The translations under genes and the position numbers were made by a program. From Lama guanicoe (lineage: Eukaryota), in contig MU053810.1 in NCBI GenBank assembly GCA_013239625.1, positions 6,854,122 through 6,918,121 on the forward strand: a stretch of 64,000 nucleotides of DNA, read 5' to 3'. Position 1 is the stretch's first letter; each line of letters starts with the position of its first letter. The notes under the pieces were generated by a model. The model worked only from the letters and a program-made list of their open reading frames with translations, was not told the origin of the DNA and did no database searches. Shown piece by piece: positions 37,372 through 50,246 of this stretch.

Positions 37372-37580
37372 GTAATAATAACAACAACAGCTAATTTTTA
37401 TCAGGTGCTTATCATGTGCAGGCACTATATTCAGCACTTAAATGTAAAGCACTCTTACTAAATCTTCATAGCAAATCTTTAAGTACTACCGTCATTTCTC
37501 TTTTTCCCAACAATGGAACAGAATCACAGAAATGTTCTTTAAATTTCTCAATGTCACACAACTAGTAAATGGTGGAGTCA
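37372..37580 (-). mobile_element. MIR SINE
   Basis: 'aacagctaatttttatcaggtgcttatcatgtgcaggcact'...'gtcacacaactagtaaatggtggag'. Confidence 0.75.
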
Positions 37581-38724
37581 TTTAGCTATATTTGTGATTG
37601 AAAATTTTTTTAATATTAAGAAGGTACCTAATATAGTAAATTAATTCCTGGTGCACATGAAGATTTTTCTTTTTTTTACAACGACTTAGTCTCAGACAAA
37701 CAAACTTGATACAACCAAGGTATTGGGTTATCAATAGACTGTAAACAAGATGATAATATTGTTCTAGAGGTTTCAAGAAAAGAGCAGAAGAGCTTATTAG
37801 AATAGCTTTTCTTCAGACTCTGCAATTTCCTGGGTAGGGAGAAGAAGTAATTATACAGAGAGAAGGTTTAAGTTACTGGACGAAATGCCACAATAAGGTT
37901 GAACTCCTGTGTTTAGAAAAATTCCACAGGACCATAAAGCAGTATTGGTGAAACATTTTATATAATCTGCAGACCAGGAAACATTCCAGATACCATGTTG
38001 AGATATTTTATGTCAGATTCATGAATAAACTTTAAAAGTCAACAAGTTATTTTTAAAAACAATATTCTGTCATTTATAACACCAACAAAAGGAACTGTTA
38101 TTACATCACCTCATAACACTAGAAATTTCTATTCCTATGCAAAAAGCTATTAGTGAGTAATGAAATATTAATAGCAAGAATGTAGTTGCTTCTTTGGCAT
38201 CTAACCAGGTTTAAGCCATTAGTAAATCATGTATTTATGCCAGAAAAATCCAAGTATAACACTCATTTGCTCTCTTTGTTCAGTACTAACTCGGAAATTT
38301 GTGTTGGATTATTCTAGAAACAAAATATTGCAAAAATCTGTGGACTGCATGTATATACTGAATAAGTAAATTATTTGTAATACCTGAGCAAGTCTCCCAT
38401 ATCCTAGGGATTTGTGCAATATTCTCTCTAAAAGTAACATGAAGAAAAATTATTTTAGAAATGAAAGATTTGCATGGAACTTTTCAACTTAGCAAGCTCT
38501 TCACCATGAGACAGATCCTTCTGTCTTGGCCTTTCCTTAACCTCACATTGATTCTTGCCCATTCCCTGACTTGCACATCTGTAATGAAGATACATATGAC
38601 AGGATTTTAACTTTTCAAATTTAAAAAAAAAAAAGTTCAGAGTGGAAGAGTCAAAAACATAAAGGCAGTGAGTCAAAAATGTTAGTACATATTCCTGTTG
38701 CACTTCGCTTTTCACATCTAGTAT

Positions 38725-38900
38725 CACATTTTATTCTCACAAGAACCTTATGCAGTAGTAAAGCAGGTAATCATATTTATACCATTTTATAAGGAGAACT
38801 GGGTCACATAGAAGCTGAATGCCTGAGGTGACCCAGCTCTTTAGAAACAATCATAACTGGATCCCAGGCCTGACTCAAGGCTCAAGCTCTTCCCACTCGG
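38725..38900 (-). mobile_element. MIR SINE fragment
   Basis: 'ttattctcacaagaaccttatg...ccattttataaggaga...tgcctgaggtgacccagct'. Confidence 0.65.
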
Positions 38901-39283
38901 ACCTTGTTTCCTTCAGATACTGTACTTTTTGGCTCTGGTTGCACAGTCTGAAGGCAACTGCATTGCTTATCTAAAGCTGAAACTGACCTGTCATGACAGT
39001 TCTAGACTTCATGCTGCCAATTCTATTGTCAAAGTCATTGACGCTTCACAATGACAGGAGACAGAGCAAAGCAGGAGAAGATATGTTTCCAGTAGGAGAA
39101 AACTGATCATTATAGATTTAGAGTAAATGGCAATAATAGAATAAGCTGACGATGAATTCCACTTAGGTTCTTATTTTAATACTTCTTCCAAATTCTGCTC
39201 ATAATATACTCCCTATTTAAATTCATAAAAATGTTTTCCTAGCCACAAAGTGACTAGTTTAATACCTAAACTTTGGGGTATTA

Positions 39284-39285
<2 letters not shown>

Positions 39286-39327
<42 letters not shown>
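39286..39327 (+). repeat. (ATT)14 microsatellite
   Basis: Perfect 42-nt trinucleotide run read directly. Confidence 0.97.
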
Positions 39328-40559
39328 GCAAAAACTTGAAATAAATCTACTGTTACTTCTAGTTGTCATTTTATACAAGTTCCACTTTGTCCATTCAATA
39401 ATTTCCATTTTAGCTTTTATAGATAAAATACTCCCTTCAATTTCTAGTAGGAAACCAAGCTCTTTAAATGTATTTATAAATGAAACTAGTGCATTTTCTC
39501 CATGAGAACCATATTATATTTGAACTACAATGTATAGGTTTAAAAAAAGCAACACCTGAGCAATACTGTCAAGAGTACAGGGAGGAGGGTGTCCGTGAGC
39601 TGTCTATACTTGGTCCAGGACACATGACACTAAGCCTAAATGATGTCACATAAGAAGCTCTGCCCAGCCGTTTTCTTTCTGTCAACATCCAGGAAATTGC
39701 TCTACAATTAGATGGTTGGTACTACCTTCTTTTAGCAAAGGCAAACAACCACCATGTCCTTTGAGAATAAAATATTTTTATGTAACTTCTGCTTATATGC
39801 TTAGTTCATAAGTCCTTGGCCAGTTTCCATTTTGGAGGGAATTTAGAAACTAGTAAATAATTATTCTTCTGGAAGGAATATCCATTTTCAGTTACCTATC
39901 CTCCCTTCTCCATTGTATCATGTCCAATCACTCAATCACAGTGAGATAGGTATTTCACTGTAGCACTCACATCTTACACTGATGATCTAAAGTCACCCAG
40001 AGTCAAAGTTTATATAATTAAGAAAATCCCTTAAATCTGCCTTAAAATACAGTTTATAGATAAGTATATACAACTCTGTCTGGTAATTTTTACATATTAA
40101 ACTTGAGAACCACTGAGATACCTAAAAAAAAAAACCAAACTTAGAGAACGACTATCTGCAGAAATGTGGGCATTCAAACCATTCAGCATTTAAGATGACT
40201 GCTAAATCCCTAGTTAACGGGCTATGGGCAGAAATTCTCATGTGTCCCTGCTTGCCTACACTGTTTACTCATTAAAAAACAAAATCAACTGAATGGCACA
40301 ATTTTTTATCTATAAAATGAAAAGACTGGACAAGAGATGTCCAACTAAAATTTCAGCTGTAATGCTCTACGTATTCTCACTAGATCTCATTCCAAGGAAA
40401 CCAATATCAGAGGCTGCAAATTGTAGAAAAGTGCCGTAGCTCTACCTTAAGAAACACTGTTGATTTCATGACTTTTACCATTTTCTATTTTTTTATATCT
40501 TCACCAAAATCTGTCTTTGCCAAATAGTTTCATGACACAATCCAGCCAGTTAACAATGG

Positions 40560-40732
40560 CAGTGGTTCCCCAAACTGTCAGTACATCAGAATCATTGGAA
40601 AGCTGTTTCCATCCCCAGATGTAGTGAATCAGAATCTTCAGAGATGAGACCCCAGAAATTTATTTGCCAAAGGCTCCCTCTGGTGATTCTGATAAACACA
40701 TTCTATGACTCTCTAAGTTTAAAACCACAGAA
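40560..40732. mobile_element. MER5A-like hAT-Charlie MITE
   Basis: 'cagtggttccccaaact...catcagaatca...tgaatcagaatct...ggtgattctgat...aagtttaaaaccacag'. Confidence 0.8.
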
Positions 40733-40834
40733 CTATAAGTATATACTCTTTCTCCTCAGATGCCGTATGTTAACAAAGGACTTTTTCCTTTTTTTTTTTT
40801 GTAATTTTTTAGATTCAAATTTTGTTCTTATATT

Positions 40835-40990
40835 ATTTTGTTTTAACCTTTTATTAGAGACTATTTCAAACATACACAAAGTAGAGCAAAGCGCAAACCC
40901 CTATGTAACTTTTAACAACTATCAATTCATTGCCAGTCTTATTCTTTCTGTACTGGCACTCCCACATACTATTTTGAATCAAATCTCAGA
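40835..40990 (-). mobile_element. Old L1 (L1MC/ME) 3' tip, antisense
   Basis: 'atttcaaacatacacaaagtagag...ttaacaactatcaattcattgccagtctt'. Confidence 0.6.
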
Positions 40991-43900
40991 AAGAGCAAAG
41001 GATCTTTTTTGAATGTTGATTAAATGGGTCCTTCTCAAAATAATGTCATATCCTAACAATGTGGAGAACACGGTCTGCATGACCCACATCTCTAACCTGG
41101 AATGCAGAGCCCGGGAGGAAACCAGCCAGAAATACTAACAAATCCAGAGACAGTGGTAGCAACTTCTTTTCAGAGTCACTGCTTTCAGCCTTTCTTAAGG
41201 TTCATTTTATTCCCTACACATTTTAATGTGCCATCACACCTCTCAGAGTACATTTAAATCAGTCTGTTTTTCTGCTATGAGTTCAGATAGAATTTTCTTG
41301 TTCCTCTTCACCTCTAATTATGATAAAGCTAAGATACATTCAAACCAGTAGATCACACCAAAACAACACTAGTTGGTAGAAAAGTGTGATATCTGTCCAA
41401 TGAACTTGAATATGACAATTTAGTTAGCAAAGGAAAAAATTACTGGAAATACAGCGACGTGTCATACTACATCCTACAAGAAAAGAAGGTCTTCCATTCT
41501 TTCTCCTTTCTGTGGCAGATTTGAAAGCAGTGTTTACCCAGCAGAGAGAAGGTATTGTTTTAAAAATAAAAATAGACATTTATTATTATATTGCTATTTA
41601 TCATATTTTGGGCATTCAATATAGGACCAAACATGGTATGCGATAGTCATGGTATCCTTCCAGTGTGGCGTAGGTTGCTGCATTCCACTCTACTCTGCTT
41701 GAATATCTTTGGTGATTAAAAGAATCATGTTTTTCCAAAAGCTAAGGCCTTAACCATTTAAATGTCAATTATTCAAACTGAAACAACTTACTATTGAGTC
41801 ATCTATGAAGGAAAGAGGGCTATCAGAAAGTAAAATTCAACCCCAACAGCACAGACTGTTAACTGTTTCCTAAACATTCCCAGGATCTAATTTCTAAACA
41901 TAATCATATCAAAGATACAGTAAAATCAATCACAGAAGACTAAAAATCCTATATAGAATCCCTTGGTGGGGGGGAATGGTGTCCTTTGATTTTGATCTGT
42001 CTCTGTTATACAGCTACTTATTAAACTGTCCAAGGAGCAGAAACATTGAGATGCCTCCCCAAACTTGAGTTCCCTTATGCTGAATTTCAGTATACGTGAC
42101 TTAGCTCCTGGCTTTTTCAGCAGTCACAACAATTCTAGTTTTAATAAATGCGAGTCATCACTGTAGGGGACAATTATAAAAAGAGGGGAGGTGTTTGTAA
42201 TAAAAAAGAGAAGTAAAAGAATACTCATCTTCAAGAGAAAGGTTTTAAAAAGTTAAAGGGAATGAACAGAGATGTTAGACAATCCTACATCTGTCAGAAT
42301 GGAGGGAGCTGGATGATACACGTGAGAGGTAAAACCCTGTCCCTTGATGGTGTACCCTGGGAGACACAGGGGGATCCAAGAGCTGGATTAACAAGTCCAA
42401 ATCATAAAACCTGAAAACCACTGAATATTTGTACAGCAGGCTGAGTAATAAAAATCAAATGCATCTTAGTATCCACATTGTTTGCAACAAAGCAAAACAA
42501 ATTTATAAGCATTTCAATCAAACTACCAGGCAGAACGATCCTAACATGTCCAGTGAGGTACAGATGGTAAATGAAAAGTAATCATATATGGAATTATTAG
42601 TAAATTAAGATGTATGAAATGTTATTCACATTTTTTCTTTAGTATGCCACATTAATTGTTTCATTTCTGAAAAAGAGATAATTATAATAGCTTTTATTGG
42701 TTTAGACATACTGGCTTTTAAATCATTAAAGATTATAGAATGCTATTAAGTGTTCTTCAGGGTTTCCAGAGACTAAAGAACTGTTCCACCAAAACAAACA
42801 TTAGGTAGCAAATATTTACATAGTAGAATATATATTTAATAAGGTGCTATTACTGATATTTCCCAACAATTTTTTACTAAAGTTTATCAACAGGACTTAG
42901 TCTCCCTGCATCTCTCTGAGACCTCTACTTCAATCACAGTTCCAGATGTTGCCACAGGTGGGTTCTAGAATAAAAAATTGTGAGGATTCCTTGGTATCTA
43001 ATACCAAATCCGGTCTGAATATATGTCATGTCCTATCAAGACAAGAACCAGTGCCTTCTCATTCAGGAACATTTCAAGTGAATTAACTCTCACACCCAAT
43101 GCACTAACCATATTACAGGGACAAATTATATACACGTAACACTATCTATAGGACACACTATTAGCACTGTCATTTTTTAAATTTTTGTCTTCGGTTCAGA
43201 AAGTTCTGAAAAGTCATTCTGACCTTCAATCTCTTATTTTTCCATCCTTTTCTTTCATTCTCTTCTAACTTTTTGTAATTGTGTCAACTTTTCAGTTTCC
43301 AGTGAAGCCCAATAGTTAAGAATGAAGTACACAGGCAATTAACTCCCCAGTCAATGAGACAGTTATAAAAGCCAGAGTGGCAATTTACATTTGGTTAGTG
43401 CTTCACTGTTCCTGCCTTCCACGTCAAAGAGTCATAAATCCCCAAACCCCTTCAGAATGCAAGTTGAGCTCAGATGGAAGGAGTTTTATCTCACTTGGGA
43501 ACTGAGAAGGTGAAGTCATTCCAAAGTGGGAGAGAACACAGCCAGGCCAGTGTGCACCATTTAATTCAATGGTTCCCTTGTGAGGTACTTCACTTACTGG
43601 TGCACTGCTGACAGCAGAGATACTGCTTAGCACAGCAATTGTGAGGCACTGTGCTAACAAACACTTAAGGCCATGGAAAAACTGAAGAAGTCAAGAAATC
43701 AGGTCATCTGGGTGACTCTGAATCAAGGCTGCGGGATCCTGGTTCAAAAGACTGTGTGCAGGTACATAAAGTAGAATGGCACTGTGAGTACCTCAGTCAA
43801 GGTTTTCTTCATTCCACATCTTTGAATGAATAAAACAAAGATTAAATTCCAATCACAGGTTTTACACCCTAATTCTATTCCCTTTTCCTCCATCTCTTCC

Positions 43901-44004
43901 CTTTTTTTTTTTTTTTTTTTTCTTTTCATTGTAGAGAACAGTGGAAGAAAAGTATATAAAAGGTACATAAATATTAACCCTATCCTGGTAAAGGAAAGAA
44001 GAAT

Positions 44005-44504
44005 GACTTAGAGGGCAGAGCCATTAATGCAGAGGCCTGAGCCAACGGTGGCCCAAAAGAATAAGACCACCACCCTGATGGGCCCAAAGAGCAAGGCTGC
44101 CATCCCAGCAGTCCCAGAGGACAAAATGTCCAGTCACAGATAATTATTCTATGGCCCTGAAATCCAGGTTGCCCTACTGTGTTGTCATCTTGCTTGGGAC
44201 CCATTATGCCTTTATTCCTTCTAATTTCCCCACTTTGGAATGGAAATGTCTGTCTCACCACTGTATTTTGGAAGCAGAAAACTTGTTTTCCACAAAAAGG
44301 AATTCACATCCTGAGTCTCACTCATAACTGATTTAGATGATTTAGCTGATAATATTTGATAGCTTTTGTGTTGATGGTATTTAGGTGAGATTTTAAACTT
44401 CGAGTTAATGCTACAATGAGCTATGACTTTTGGGGATAGTGCAATTAGGTGAAAGTATTATGCACACCCAAAGTACATGAATTTAGGGAGACTATAAAAT
44501 AGAC
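44005..44504 (+). mobile_element. MaLR internal region, 3' part (MLT1-int)
   Basis: 'aattattctatggccctgaaatc', 'ttggaatggaaatgtct...ccactgtattttggaagcag'; runs directly into the LTR. Confidence 0.7.
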
Positions 44505-44952
44505 TGTTGTGGATTGAATTGTGTCCCTGAGAAAGATATGATGAAACCCTCATCCCCACTTCTTATGAATATGACCTTATTTGTAAATAGCATCTTTATG
44601 ATGTTATCAAGTTAAGATGAGGTCATACATAATTAAGGTAGACCTTATCCAATACGACTGGTATCTTTATGAAAGGAAGAGACAGAGACACAGGAAAGGA
44701 GAATTATATGTGATGGCAGCAGTAGAGATTGAAGTATGGTAGTAACAAACCAAGGAACACTCAGGATTGCTGTCAAATCATCAGAAACTAGGAAGAGGCA
44801 AGGAAGGATTCACCCCTATAGGTTTCAGAGGGCCCTTCCATCATCTTGATTTTGGACTTTAAGCTTCCAGAACAGTAACAGAGTAAATTTATGCAGCTGT
44901 AAGCCACTCAGTTTGTGATACTTTGTTACAGTAGCCCTAAGAAATAAATACA
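44505..44952 (+). mobile_element. ERVL-MaLR LTR (MLT1C-like)
   Basis: tgttgtggattgaattgtgtccc...'caagttaagatgaggtcatac'...'ttgttacagtagccctaagaaataaataca'. Confidence 0.88.
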
Positions 44953-45119
44953 AATCCTTAGTACAAAGTAGAAGAAAAATAAAAATTTGCTAAATAAATG
45001 AAGAAATTACTGAAAGATGGAAAGAATGTTTTCATATAACAGTAGTATCATACACCTGGAAAATAAATACATTATTGTAATAAGCAATGAATAAATATTT
45101 GTTTATTAAAAGAAGAATG

Positions 45120-45400
45120 AGGGAGAGGCAGTTCAAGATGGCAGGTACGAAGATCCTGATTTTGTCCCCTCCCAGGGACAAAACAAATATATAGCTACAT
45201 GTAGACCAATTCCCCCTGGAAAGAACTGAGAACTAGCTAAAGAGTCATTCCACAACAAAGGATAGAAGAAGAAAAGCCATGTCAAGATGGATTGGAAAGA
45301 CAGAGATATGGTATCACCAAAGACCCTACCCTAGGTGTGGTGACACACAATCAGAAAGAATCTACTCAGTATGGAATTTCTCCCTGAAGTCTGGAGGGAT
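45120..45400 (+). mobile_element. Isolated L1 5'-terminal fragment (same family as 8405)
   Basis: 'gggagaggcagttcaagatggc...gaagatcctga...atagctaca...tccacaacaaag...gtgacacacaat' aligns by eye with 8405-8670. Confidence 0.8.
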
Positions 45401-46860
45401 CAATTAGGAAAAAGTCTTCCATATCATGTTATAGAATTTAGACTTTTACCTTTAGCCAAGGATTGTAAGTTGTGTAAAAATTCAGAACTTTTATATTTGA
45501 ATCCTATATTCCACAGGAATGACATTCTTTATTATACTAAATAGAGCCATTTTTTAACATGGTTATAGTGCCCGATTAAAGCTTAAGGCAACTGATAAAT
45601 TTTACAGCAGAAATGAAACATGTCAAATTTTCATTTTTTAACAAAATGCTTACTGAGTACAGCTAAAATAGCAATGATAATATGAATAAAATGTTGCAAA
45701 ACATCTTCCAAAACCCACAGAGATCAACAATAAGAATAAATGATGCCTAAAAAACACATACTTGTAGTAGAACTAGAAGACAGAGAACACTACAAAAATC
45801 AAATTAGATCTGTGTAGAAAAAAATGAACATAACTTTCCAGTAAAGCTATTTCTTAGTATTCTGTTCTAAACCTTTAAGGCAACAAAGTCAGGTGGGGAA
45901 GGGGAGTACATAAGAGAGAAAAATGGAATGGAGAGTCTTATGATTAAACTCAATCACCCTTGGAAAGAGAAATTCTACCCTAGGTGTGAAAATACTGAAG
46001 AAAAAGAAGTCCTACTAGGTAAGAGACTTAAAAGTGCACATGAGGTTATTAAAGTAGTCTTAAAAAGGCAATGCTTATGAAGAAAGAAACGGGGAGGTAG
46101 ATGCATCCATTGAAAATTGCACCAAAAGGGAAAGAAAAGCCAGAAGGGTGAACTCAGGATGCTGCAAAACAGATGCATTTTTAAAAATGAGGGACTCTCC
46201 CCTCCCCTCACTATTTTCCAAAGAAGCTACCGATTAAGTAAACTATAGGTTACTTCATTTAATAACAGTGGGTGGTTCTTGAACTAGACATCTCACATTT
46301 CGTATCAAAACTGCCAGCCCTATTCAAGAAAGTGGAGGCACAACCAAAGCTACTACTATAAGAAGAAAATTCAAATTGAAAATCCAAACATAGCTGATGA
46401 AAATCTAGACAGAAAACAAAAGAAGGCACAACTTTCCAAACTGTATTAGATATCCTCAAACAAGTATTTTGGGGATCTGAAAACAAATATTAAGCCAGAA
46501 ATGTAAAAACTAAGAAAAAAAATGATCAAAAAGGAGGAAGAATGATGGAATGCAGAATTTTTTGAATTCATAAAAGAAACAGAAGACAAAAATTAAATCA
46601 GAAATAAAGATTAAATTACAAATGCCCCCAAGGAAGAATAGATATGAATAAAAACTTAACAAAGTTATCAAAGAAAAGAGGAAGAAAATCAAGAGGATAA
46701 AAATGAGCTTTAAAAGATGTGGGAAAAGTCATAAAGAAAGTAGTTACAATAGCCAAAAAGTGTATAATAAATATAAATATAGAATAAAACAATGGAAAAG
46801 AACTAATATTTAAAACTATACAACAAAATAACTTTCCAGAAGTAAAATAAAACCTTTATC

Positions 46861-47395
46861 CAATCTTCCTCAAACTGTGTTGAGGCATATCAATATGCTG
46901 AGTGAACTCACAGGCATGACATGGGATACTTTAAATTTTGAGGAAAATACAGCAATATTTGAAATCTGTGGAAAATCATATAAAACAGTTCACAGATTTA
47001 ACATTAGATGGTATTACATTTCTTTTCATAGCACCAAATTCTGTGAAGTTCAATTGTCAATAGTTGTGATTAAAAGCAAGTGCAATGTGAGAGTCAATGT
47101 GGAACAGGCAGTATCCAATGTGATTCTAAGGTTTGGGAAGTCGTGCAGTGCTTAACAGACTCACACATCCCAAATAGTACATTTGATTTAGGAACAAAAT
47201 AAAAACATGTTTTTTTTTCTTTCAATTGTTTTCAAATGAGCAAGAAACTGTTAGGACACAAATACTTACTAAGTTGTTTAGATCAGTATACTTAATAAAT
47301 AGAACAGTCATAAATTTATTTTGGTCTAGGGATTCCATGAAAATTTTTCTGAGACTCTAGGGATACTATGAACTGAGAAAGTTTTGGAAACTCTG
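46861..47395. mobile_element. hAT-Charlie non-autonomous element (Charlie4a-like)
   Basis: Ends 'tttctgagactctagggatactatgaactgagaaagttttggaaactctg'; splits L1 ORF1; degenerate 8-bp flanks cctttatc / ctttaatc. Confidence 0.65.
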
Positions 47396-48887
47396 CTTTA
47401 ATCTGTACATAGAATGAGCCTACAAGGCACCTAGGAAAACTGATATTCAATGATCAACTCTGAGACATATCCTATTAAAACTATTAGATTATAAAAATAA
47501 AAAAGGGTCTCAAGGAAGAAACGTCAAATAACTTATAATAGCAAGATAATCAAATGGACTCAAAAGCAACATACAAAGCAAGGCAACAATGAAACATCAT
47601 TTTCAAGAATTAAGCAAAGAAAATATAAAATGTGGTTTTTATATCCAGCTAAGTTGTCTTTCAAGCATCAAGGATATAGAAAAACAATTTTAAACATGAA
47701 ATAACTCATGGAATACAGTGCTCATGAGACCTTCTTGAGCATTCTACAAGCAAATAAGTATCTAATCATTTCTGGAGAAACTTCAGTTGTACATAGAAGA
47801 CAAAAAACACATGAAGACAAAGATATACAAAAAAGTATGTTCTGAAAAAGTATAAATAGTCCAAATAAGATACTGCACACAAGAGGAGAGATAAAAATAA
47901 AGTAGAATAATCTCACTGACTGTTTTATGGGCAATGGGTCAAAGAATACAATTAAAAACTGAAAAATTAGATAGCAAAAGATGAAATTTAAAAATAGGGT
48001 CTAAAAGCATTACAAAATATATTTTAAGTACAAAAGTAATAACTAAGAAAAAAAACATAAACCTTAATAAATACAAAAGAAATGAATAGTTTCCAAAGAA
48101 AACACAGTTTAAAATTTGTACCCAATTAGTGGTAGAATGCTCAAAAAGACAAATTTATAATGCATAAATACAAAAACATTTCAGGAAAATTCCCAACTAA
48201 ATAGCTCCAGACCTTGATGGTTTCGTTGGAGAATTCTACCAAATCTTAAAAGACCAGATCATCCTCATGCTATATAAATTATCCCAAAGCACAGAAAATA
48301 AAATAAGTTTTACAAATTCTGTGTATAAAAGAAGTATAACTAAAATCTAAACCTGTAAATACAGTACAAAAAAATACACATCAATATCACTTGTCAATAT
48401 CATTACAAAAATAAAATATTAACAAACTAAAACCAACAATCTACTGTTACATTAAGATATGTATACATCATGACCAAGTGAGATTTATTCCAAGAAATAT
48501 ATTAATAGATTAGGGAGCCCATTAACATAATACAACATAATAAAATATCTAAGGAGAAAAATTATATGATTAGTGCTCTAGATTACAAAAAAATAAAAAC
48601 AAAGTACCTTTGGCAAAATTTAACATCTGGTTCTAACTAAAAAGAATCACTCAAGAAAACAGGAATTGATATATACTTTTTAATGTAATAAAATATACAA
48701 ACCTTATTCTTATAACCAGTATTTTACTTAATATGGAATCACAAAAGATATTTCTGTTAAGATTAGGCGCAAGATACAGATATCCAATTTTTCCACTATT
48801 AAATACTGTATATTAAATAATATACAGTATTTAATATTGTACTAGAGGCAACAGTAAATGCAATTAGAAAAGAAAAATCTATTAAAT

Positions 48888-50246
48888 CAGTGGTTCTTAC
48901 AAAGTGGTCTATAAACCCCAGGTGATTCCCAGGCCTCTTTCAAGGGGTTTGCAACGTCAAAGCTTTCCTCCCTATAATACTAAGATATTACTTGCTTTTT
49001 CTACTGTATTGTTGGTGCAAAAGCACAGATGTTAAAATTCCTGGCATCTTAGCATGAATCAAGGCAATGGCATCAAACTCTACTGGTGGCCATTGTATTC
49101 TTTACTGTCAGGTACTAGAAGAAAAAAACTACAAATTCACTTAAGAATGCCCTTAATCAAGCAGTAAAAAATTATTAATATTATTAAATATTAATCATTG
49201 AATACATTTCTTTTCAATACTCATTGTGATGAAAGAAAAGTATACATAAAGTATTTATGCTGCACACCAAATTATAATGTTTGTCTCAAGTAAAATCACA
49301 TGTACAGTTGTTTCAGTTGTGAGCTGAATTAGCACTTACTTCATGGAACACCATTTCCCTTGAAAGAAAAATTGACAGATAAATTATAGTTATTCAGATT
49401 GGGTATCTGGCAGACATTTTCTAGAAAACACACAAAGTGGACTTCACGGAAAACAACTGGCAAGATTTGCTGCCAATGACAAAATTCAAATTTTAGAAAT
49501 CTTATATTTACCACCATGAATTTGACACCTTCCCAAAAATTAAAGCCTTCTCTGATAAGATCAGTACTACTTTTAACAAATATGATTCTTTAATATTTTC
49601 TAATGAAGTGTGTTAACATTTGGAATATTTGTATAAATCAGTGAAACAATATCTCCAATTCATACATAACAAAGTTATGCATGGGTAAAAGACCCATTCA
49701 AACTGCAAGATACACTAATGGGTTTTAATGTAACATAGCAGAAAAAGTACATTGAAATGGTTTCAGATTCCACATTACAAATAACATTAAGAAGTTACCA
49801 CATGTCATGTTTTGGAGTATAAAGGAGAATATCTATAATTCTCTGAAAATGTTACTAAAATATTCCTTTGCTTTCCAACTACATGTCTGTATGAAGCCAA
49901 ATATTCTTCATATAGCTCAACCAGAAAAAAATACTGCAACAAACTGAATGCAGAAAGAAATATAAATATTCACCTGTCTTCTATTAAGCCAGATGTCAAA
50001 GAGATTTATAAAAATACAGAACAATATCAATCTTGTTACTAACTTAATAAAAGTAACTCATTAACAAAAATATCTGTGCTAACATACAACGGACTTACCA
50101 TTGTTATTTTAAAATGGATTTTCTGATCCTTAATTCTAATATGGTAAATATTGATAGATATAACTCATACAACCAAAAGTCTTGGGCATACTCAGAAATA
50201 TCTAAGAGCATAAAGGGGTACAGACCAAAAAATTTGAGAACTGCTG
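48888..50246. mobile_element. hAT-Charlie1-like DNA transposon (~1.36 kb, internally deleted)
   Basis: Terminal inverted repeats cagtggttct... / ...tttgagaactgctg; transposase relic 'gttattcagattgggtatctggcagacattttc', 'tttccaactacatgtctgtatgaagcc'. Confidence 0.85.

Noticed and set aside
38389..38727. Possible minus-strand exons and the 90-aa ORF near 38.4-38.7 kb
   Set aside because: Splice sites are mediocre and the peptides are unrecognised.
40644..41012. 122-aa ORF
   Set aside because: Runs through a MER5A element, a poly(T) tract and an antisense L1 tip.
41420..41495. Strong-looking minus-strand acceptor ccttcttttcttgtag|GATG
   Set aside because: No convincing paired donor, and the frames close quickly.
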